From: a virus
Lineage: Duplodnaviria; Caudoviricetes
Direction: 5' to 3' (one strand)
DNA: 62,934 bases
Virus record (IMG/VR): IMGVR_UViG_3300029309_000024
Location: 1 to 62,934 of that record
Shown piece by piece: positions 58,036 through 62,934 of the stretch; position 1 is the first letter of the stretch, and each line of letters begins with the position of its first letter. Made by a program: the position numbers and the translations under genes. The notes under the pieces were generated by a model. That model was not told the origin of the DNA. It did no database searches and saw nothing but the letters and a program-made list of their open reading frames with translations.

Positions 58036-58277
58036 TTTTGCATAAAAGTAATTAGCTTTAAATATCTTTTGTATCTGTCTATATTAGATGATAATAAAAC
58101 TAATCTGTTTACTTTGTTATCTAATTTTACTCCTTTAAGTTTGTGTAATTCCATAGATTCATTTGTTATCTCGGAATGTAAATCATATAATCTTTGACCA
58201 ACAAAATTTAAATGTTTTTGTTTTCTTGAATAAAGATTATATTTTTTTCTTGTGTTATTTATTAATTCAAAAACCAT
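58032..58277 (-). CDS. Hypothetical protein (likely start MVFELI)
   Basis: Coiled-coil ORF coupled to the HTH gene. Confidence 0.55.
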   Translation of the reverse strand: MVFELINNTRKKYNLYSRKQKHLNFVGQRLYDLHSEITNESMELHKLKGVKLDNKVNRLVLLSSNIDRYKRYLKLITFMQK

Positions 58278-58431
58278 AAATCTTTTATTATAATACAGAG
58301 AGTAATAAACGATACAGCTATAATCCAAAGAGGTACCCCAATATAAATTAAAACTTTATTTAACTCTTTTTTTTGCATATCGTTTATTACTTTTCTGTGC
58401 TTGTTTTATTTTATCTCTAATTCCAAATACA

Positions 58432-58926
58432 TTAGATGAAACTAGGTGCTTGTAAATACGGTAACTCATTGCTTAATACTATTCTTTTTTTATCGTTAAT
58501 ATAATAATTCCAGTATGCTTTTGATGAATGGCCTTTAACTTTATATTCATCAGGCATACATTGTGGTGGTTGTGTGAAAGGTGTATTGTCAATATATAAA
58601 GGTGGCGTGTATAGCACGTCTCTACACTTTTCAATTGTTAGATGTGTTTTACCATATCTATTAGTATACTCATCACCCAACGCCATCATGTACTGATATG
58701 TCCAATTGTAATTATCTAGACCTGAACGCACCCATATAGTTGATGGGTGGTTTACATGCGCCTTCTTGTATGGAACATAACTAGTATCATAATCTCTTTC
58801 CTCTCCAATTACATGATGTGCGGTACAAAGCATTTGCGCAGCTTCTAAAGGCATTTTAACTACATGCCTATTGTAATGATACTGCGCAGCTTTAACTGGA
58901 TCTGGGTGTAAGTAAAATATATTCAT
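58432..58926 (-). CDS. Pyrimidine-dimer DNA glycosylase / endonuclease V-like protein
   Basis: MNIFYL...HVVKMPLEAAQML...HVNHPSTIW...RYGKTH...PQCMPDEYK. Confidence 0.75.
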   Translation of the reverse strand: MNIFYLHPDPVKAAQYHYNRHVVKMPLEAAQMLCTAHHVIGEERDYDTSYVPYKKAHVNHPSTIWVRSGLDNYNWTYQYMMALGDEYTNRYGKTHLTIEKCRDVLYTPPLYIDNTPFTQPPQCMPDEYKVKGHSSKAYWNYYINDKKRIVLSNELPYLQAPSFI

Positions 58927-59075
58927 TAGTGGTTAATTATTTTAAACTCTTTATTAGTTGATAACATCCATGTTTTTTCTGAATGTTTATCAACATGATT
59001 CATAACTTCTTGTTGGCTTGATACATTATGTATATGTATGTGACCAGTTGTAAAATTTAATATTGTTAATTTCAT
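58926..59075 (-). CDS. Small early protein, paralog-like of 61822-62016
   Basis: MKLTILNFTTGHIHI...WM versus MILTILNFEDSNVY...WM. Confidence 0.55.
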   Translation of the reverse strand: MKLTILNFTTGHIHIHNVSSQQEVMNHVDKHSEKTWMLSTNKEFKIINH

Positions 59076-59080
59076 ATTGT

Positions 59081-59110
59081 AATTATCTATATTAATTCGT
59101 GTTTGCTACG
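59081..59110 (-). promoter_or_regulatory. Early promoter-like motif copy 8 (two deviations)
   Basis: AATTATC-N9-TCGTG-N6-ACG. Confidence 0.65.
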
Positions 59111-59207
59111 TGTTATTCAAAAAATATTTTAATATATAATAAAATAAGTGTTATTAACATAGCGTAAGCAAAATAATCCATAAATTCCCAATCTTCAAAC
59201 ATAATAA

Positions 59208-59438
59208 TTAATCTGCTACTGTTAATCTACAATCACATTCATTCATTTGAGAATATAGTGCATTGCATTCATCTTCAAGCATTTGGATATGTTCCTCCAT
59301 TGCTTTGATTCTTTCTTGTTGAAATGTTACGAGTGATTCCATACTGTAATTATTAGTGCTATTAGTATTATCATCATAATTATATGTATTAATAATAAGA
59401 TCGCCATTAGTTGTAATTTTAAATTTCGGGGTAATCAA
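59208..59438 (-). CDS. Early hypothetical coiled-coil protein
   Basis: ORF track; start uncertain. Confidence 0.55.
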   Translation of the reverse strand: MITPKFKITTNGDLIINTYNYDDNTNSTNNYSMESLVTFQQERIKAMEEHIQMLEDECNALYSQMNECDCRLTVAD

Positions 59439-59604
59439 TTGTTTGTATTTTTAGTTTACCTTTATTATTCTTTTCGCTATAGTATATAGCTGTAATAAGA
59501 TTTCCATACTGTTTAAGTAATTCAATCTGTTTATCTGTAAAGTCAAAGTCAACATTAAAGTTGCCAGTACCTTCTCTTCCGTTTGTATTTAAAAACATCA
59601 TCAT
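59419..59604 (-). CDS. Early hypothetical protein
   Basis: Likely start at MMMFLNT. Confidence 0.55.
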   Translation of the reverse strand: MMMFLNTNGREGTGNFNVDFDFTDKQIELLKQYGNLITAIYYSEKNNKGKLKIQTIDYPEI

Positions 59605-59605
59605 A

Positions 59606-59731
59606 TTATTCTGGTTTAAAGTATTTATGCCATTTATCAATTATAGGCTCATCAGTACTATAATCAATATAAAAAATGTAATCGTCTATTTCAACGTACA
59701 TTACATGTTCACATTTAACATCTATTTTCAT
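59606..59731 (-). CDS. Small early hypothetical protein (41 aa)
   Basis: MKIDVKCEHVMYVEIDDYIFYIDYSTDEPII... Confidence 0.55.
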   Translation of the reverse strand: MKIDVKCEHVMYVEIDDYIFYIDYSTDEPIIDKWHKYFKPE

Positions 59732-59745
59732 AATTTATAATTTAG

Positions 59746-59819
59746 TTGCGACGGTCAGATTCGAACTGACGACCTCTAGGTTATGAGCCTAGCGAGATTC
59801 CTAACTTCTCCACGTCGCT
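59746..59819 (-). tRNA. tRNA-Met (CAT), initiator-type
   Basis: AGCGACG TG GAGA-AGTTAGGAA-TCTC G CTAGG CTCATAA CCTAG AGGTC GTCAG TTCGAAT CTGAC CGTCGCA A; 1:72 mismatch; CCA not encoded. Confidence 0.92.
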
Positions 59820-59821
59820 AT

Positions 59822-60019
59822 AGGTTTAAGGAACAGAACCCCATCAGTATCTGAATTACGTTGGTCAGTACAATTGACTGTTATCCTTGGGAGCCAACAA
59901 CCTAAGGACTGCCTATTGGTCTTACGCCCTAATATTATAGAGCAGGATGAGGGTGATTCTGGCATTACCTTTTTATTGCACCGTTTTGTAATCAAACCGC
60001 CAGACAAAATCCTGCTCAT
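59822..60019 (-). ncRNA. Candidate structured ncRNA upstream of the tRNA
   Basis: GC-enriched; nested stems GAGCAGGAT/ATCCTGCTC, TCTGGC/GCCAGA, TCCTT(A)GG/CCAAGGA; possible GTTGG/CCAAC pseudoknot. Confidence 0.5.
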
Positions 60020-60034
60020 AACTAAAATAAATAA

Positions 60035-60253
60035 CTAACCTAATTGAAAGTTATTCTTTATATGCTTGTTAAAGAATTTACCGATCGAATAACTGTTTCT
60101 CATTTTTTGAAACAATCTTACAGGTACATTCTGATATAAATAGTTATCATCGTTTTGAAACTTAACTACTAAGCTTCTTTGTTTTCTAAAGTATCTCATA
60201 GACTGTATTGCTGTTGAGTCTACAGATAAGGTTTCATAATTTACTTTTCTCAT
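60035..60253 (-). CDS. KTSC-domain protein
   Basis: VDSTAIQSMRY...LVVKF...YLYQNVP...SIGKFFNKHIK. Confidence 0.9.
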   Translation of the reverse strand: MRKVNYETLSVDSTAIQSMRYFRKQRSLVVKFQNDDNYLYQNVPVRLFQKMRNSYSIGKFFNKHIKNNFQLG

Positions 60254-60275
60254 ATTTATTTATTTTAATTTATTA

Positions 60276-60305
60276 TATTATCGTTCTAGCGTCGTATTTG
60301 TTACG
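60276..60305 (-). promoter_or_regulatory. Early promoter-like motif copy 9
   Basis: TATTATC-N9-TCGTA-N6-ACG. Confidence 0.8.
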
Positions 60306-60561
60306 TACCACTTGTCGCGTCTTTTCTAAAATCATCATTCAATCTCATGTATTCACCGATTTCTTGACGCTTTTGTAAAATCCAATCTTCTTGGTTTTTA
60401 AACTTTCTAATTATTTCCATAGCTTCAATTAATGAGTCTACAGTTTTAGATTCACTTCCGAATATAGTTATATGTCTTACAACAAATAAACCAGCTTCTT
60501 TAGGGTGACGTTTAACATACCAGTTATCGCCATTCATTTCTGTGCCTTCTATTTTTTCCAT
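60301..60561 (-). CDS. Early hypothetical protein
   Basis: 86-aa ORF. Confidence 0.65.
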   Translation of the reverse strand: MEKIEGTEMNGDNWYVKRHPKEAGLFVVRHITIFGSESKTVDSLIEAMEIIRKFKNQEDWILQKRQEIGEYMRLNDDFRKDATSGT

Positions 60562-60941
60562 AGCTTTTGTAATTTTTCGTTCGTTATTTTATATATAGAT
60601 TCAATATTTTGATCGGTGTGTATAGCAAGCTCAAGTGCCCATTCACACGCTTGAAACCAATCTTTAGGTTTCTCCTCATAGTATTCATGCTCCTCAAATA
60701 TATCAAAGTTTAAATTATCTACAACTTCTTTTGCAGTATCTAAAAATATACTTTGGTCAGTTATCCATTGTTCAATTAATTGTGAAACAAAATCTTCCTC
60801 CACAATAAATTCATCAACGACTTCCCCCGCTACACCTTCCTCATATTCAAGAACAAGTGTATCAGTAACTGATTCAATCATTAAATCAGAATACTCAGCT
60901 TGCCAATATCTGTATTTAGCATTATCCATCATAATTATCAA
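60549..60941 (-). CDS. Highly acidic early protein
   Basis: 130 aa, D/E-rich; start uncertain (MDNAKY likely). Confidence 0.65.
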   Translation of the reverse strand: MIIMMDNAKYRYWQAEYSDLMIESVTDTLVLEYEEGVAGEVVDEFIVEEDFVSQLIEQWITDQSIFLDTAKEVVDNLNFDIFEEHEYYEEKPKDWFQACEWALELAIHTDQNIESIYKITNEKLQKLWKK

Positions 60942-61203
60942 ATCTATTATAATCTATTAAGTCTTTTAATATTTGCACATTAGATTTTTCTTTACTAGAT
61001 ACGACTTCGGTATCTTCAGTTTCGATCGAATGCAAATAAGCTTGTTCATACTTATCTGGATTATCAACGAACAAAGATATAATATCTAATGTATCTTCCT
61101 CATCAAGAGTACTAAAACCAAATTCAGATTTTAGTTCGTTTGCCATATGGTCTAATATACCTTCAAGCAATTTATTATCGTATTGTTGTGAATATTTAGT
61201 CAT
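60922..61203 (-). CDS. Acidic early protein
   Basis: 93 aa; AATAACTATG start. Confidence 0.65.
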   Translation of the reverse strand: MTKYSQQYDNKLLEGILDHMANELKSEFGFSTLDEEDTLDIISLFVDNPDKYEQAYLHSIETEDTEVVSSKEKSNVQILKDLIDYNRFDNYDG

Positions 61204-61214
61204 AGTTATTTATT

Positions 61215-61403
61215 TTAAAATGTTCTTAATTCTTTTAATTGGTCAAGTATTAAATGGTATACTTTATTAACATAATCGTCATATAATTCATCAGTTAGTT
61301 GAATGTTTTGCGATTCAATATGGAAATCTATAATATCTAATATAGATACATCTACAGATTCTAATACTGTATTAACAGATTCTTGTAATTGTTCTTTTGT
61401 CAT
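61215..61403 (-). CDS. Acidic early protein
   Basis: 62-aa ORF. Confidence 0.6.
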   Translation of the reverse strand: MTKEQLQESVNTVLESVDVSILDIIDFHIESQNIQLTDELYDDYVNKVYHLILDQLKELRTF

Positions 61404-61596
61404 AATTATTTATTTTAGTTATTAATTTAATTTAGTCCAACAATTTAGTTTTCTATATTGTTTTACTTCTGATTTTAATGTTTGAATAAAGAAGATTAAA
61501 TCTTTTTTGTCATAATCTTTTAAATCTACTTTATTAGGTATTTTGATTTCATTGTTATATACTAATTGCATAAGTTATTTATTTAAGTTACGCAAT

Positions 61597-61626
61597 TATT
61601 ATCAATCAATCGTCGTATTTCCGACG
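61597..61626 (-). promoter_or_regulatory. Early promoter-like motif copy 10
   Basis: TATTATC-N9-TCGTA-N6-ACG. Confidence 0.8.
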
Positions 61627-61628
61627 TA

Positions 61629-61829
61629 CTAATCTTTATAATATCCTAATTGGTATTTACATAAAATCTCATCACCGATTCTTTGAATGTGTTTTTCAAT
61701 AGCAGAGTCGATTAAGGTATGTATAGCATTTTGTACCGGACCTGAATAGTCTCTGTATTCATCAACGGTATATTCAGTTAAGTATGTACCAATTGTTTCA
61801 ATTTCCATTAATAGCATTTCTTTATCCAT
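61629..61829 (-). CDS. Early hypothetical protein
   Basis: 66-aa ORF. Confidence 0.6.
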   Translation of the reverse strand: MDKEMLLMEIETIGTYLTEYTVDEYRDYSGPVQNAIHTLIDSAIEKHIQRIGDEILCKYQLGYYKD

Positions 61830-62016
61830 TGTATTTCATATTTAATATTTCTGTATCTTTACCAACCATCCATTCAACGTTAGATGGTTTAAATTCATTA
61901 TCGTATAGAAAATCCTCATAATCTTCTGAGTTCCATAGTTCGTCCCATATAGGTACAGTCTTCATATCTATTTGGTATACGTTACTGTCTTCAAAGTTTA
62001 AAATTGTTAGTATCAT
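61822..62016 (-). CDS. Acidic early hypothetical protein
   Basis: 64-aa ORF, overlapping both neighbours. Confidence 0.6.
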   Translation of the reverse strand: MILTILNFEDSNVYQIDMKTVPIWDELWNSEDYEDFLYDNEFKPSNVEWMVGKDTEILNMKYNG

Positions 62017-62594
62017 AGTATTTTATTATTTAATTTAGTCATTGTTCTATTATTTAATTGATGATGACCATAAGTTATAAAATGTTCCTCATCAAAATCA
62101 TATTTATCACCATTAAAATTAGGGTGATATATCAAATCTTGTTTACCAATAGGGTACATTGTATTTGGTCCCCACTCTTTAATGTTGTAAGCAATACATT
62201 CTTGTTCGAGTTCCATACATAGTATAGTTAACTTATCTTGAAGTATAGCTCTGGCTTCATGATTCATATAAGGTTCGTCCCACATTGGTTCTTTTGTTTC
62301 AGTTTCAATAACTCTATAATCAATACCACCATAGAATGTAAAAGATATATAAAATGATTTTTCTTTCATACCTTCATACATACCATTATATTCAAACATA
62401 GATTTAATTATGTCTCCACTTCCACCATCAAACCTTTTTACAATTGTTTGTCTAACAGTGTTGAGGTCATGAGTGTTGTAATATCCGTGACCTTTTCTGG
62501 TCGTGGATTTATTCCATTTACCCATGTTTCTTTTTGAACCGATATTTAATTCAACGGTCCAATGTTTGTGTGTTTCTTTTTTTTGTTTTGTCAT
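62013..62594 (-). CDS. Early hypothetical protein (193 aa)
   Basis: AATAACTATG start downstream of motif 62611-62640. Confidence 0.75.
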   Translation of the reverse strand: MTKQKKETHKHWTVELNIGSKRNMGKWNKSTTRKGHGYYNTHDLNTVRQTIVKRFDGGSGDIIKSMFEYNGMYEGMKEKSFYISFTFYGGIDYRVIETETKEPMWDEPYMNHEARAILQDKLTILCMELEQECIAYNIKEWGPNTMYPIGKQDLIYHPNFNGDKYDFDEEHFITYGHHQLNNRTMTKLNNKIL

Positions 62595-62610
62595 AGTTAT
62601 TCATTTTAGT

Positions 62611-62640
62611 TATTATCAATCTATTGTCGTATTTAATACG
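62611..62640 (-). promoter_or_regulatory. Early promoter-like motif copy 11
   Basis: TATTATC-N9-TCGTA-N6-ACG. Confidence 0.8.
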
Positions 62641-62779
62641 TTTCCCACATAAATTCATTTAGTTCAAGTACCGTTAAATCATGAGGGTGTTTGTTTCCGG
62701 ATAGTAATAAATCATCCATTACTAACCATTGATTTACTCCATGACGTGAACACACGTCGATAAATTCCATTTTTGTCAT
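62633..62779 (-). CDS. Small early hypothetical protein (48 aa)
   Basis: MTKMEFIDVCSRHGVNQWLVMDD... Confidence 0.55.
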   Translation of the reverse strand: MTKMEFIDVCSRHGVNQWLVMDDLLLSGNKHPHDLTVLELNEFMWETY

Positions 62780-62780
62780 T

Positions 62781-62934
62781 ATATTTCGTTTAAGTCTTTT
62801 TTAGTTATATAGTCTTCTACTTGTTCCATAAGGTCTATAGCCTCATTTTTACTATTAGTCATATCCATTAATCTGGACATGATTACACTCATAGGATTAT
62901 AATCATATAACCTATAAAAGTATTCTAATTCTCC
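62781..62934. repeat. Terminal overlap, right copy
   Basis: Near-identical to 1-154. Confidence 0.95.

Noticed and set aside
3282-58926. Stop-codon reassignment as in some crAss-like phages
   Set aside because: Core genes are intact and densely packed under the standard code, and there is no suppressor tRNA.
59801-60019. 72-aa ORF upstream of the tRNA
   Set aside because: It overlaps the tRNA, has atypical composition and coincides with strong stems. Not fully excluded, because its ATG follows the KTSC gene closely.

Overview
Essentially complete, circularly assembled lytic dsDNA phage genome. The unique length is about 62,780 bp, since positions 1-154 recur at 62781-62934. It is AT-rich, probably podovirus-like, and its SD-less AATAACTATG-type starts and gene content suggest a Bacteroidota (Flavobacteriia) host. 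Three modules are visible. (i) A minus-strand early region (~59 kb through the contig join to ~3 kb) of tiny ORFs carries 11 copies of a non-host promoter-like motif, ACGT-N6-TACGA-N9-GATAATA, plus an initiator-type tRNA-Met, a tRNA-like mini-element and candidate structured RNAs. (ii) A plus-strand late region (3.3-46.9 kb) encodes GroEL/GroES, lysis genes, fibres, terminase, portal, capsid, tail and ejection proteins. (iii) A minus-strand replication/nucleotide region (46.9-58.9 kb) encodes NrdAB, two all-alpha NTP pyrophosphatase-like proteins, a ThyA-like enzyme, a primase-helicase, ERF/exonuclease and a sigma factor. Two hypotheses stand out. First, the 2158-aa putative ejection protein contains a sigma70 region-2-like segment, suggesting a virion-delivered sigma factor for the early promoters. 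Second, the ThyA homolog carries the Asn-to-Asp switch (PYDI instead of PFNI) known to redirect thymidylate synthases to dCMP, next to pyrophosphatases, suggesting a 5-methylcytosine-substituted genome. No DNA polymerase, integrase, reverse transcriptase or CRISPR array was recognised. All calls are by eye, without database searches.
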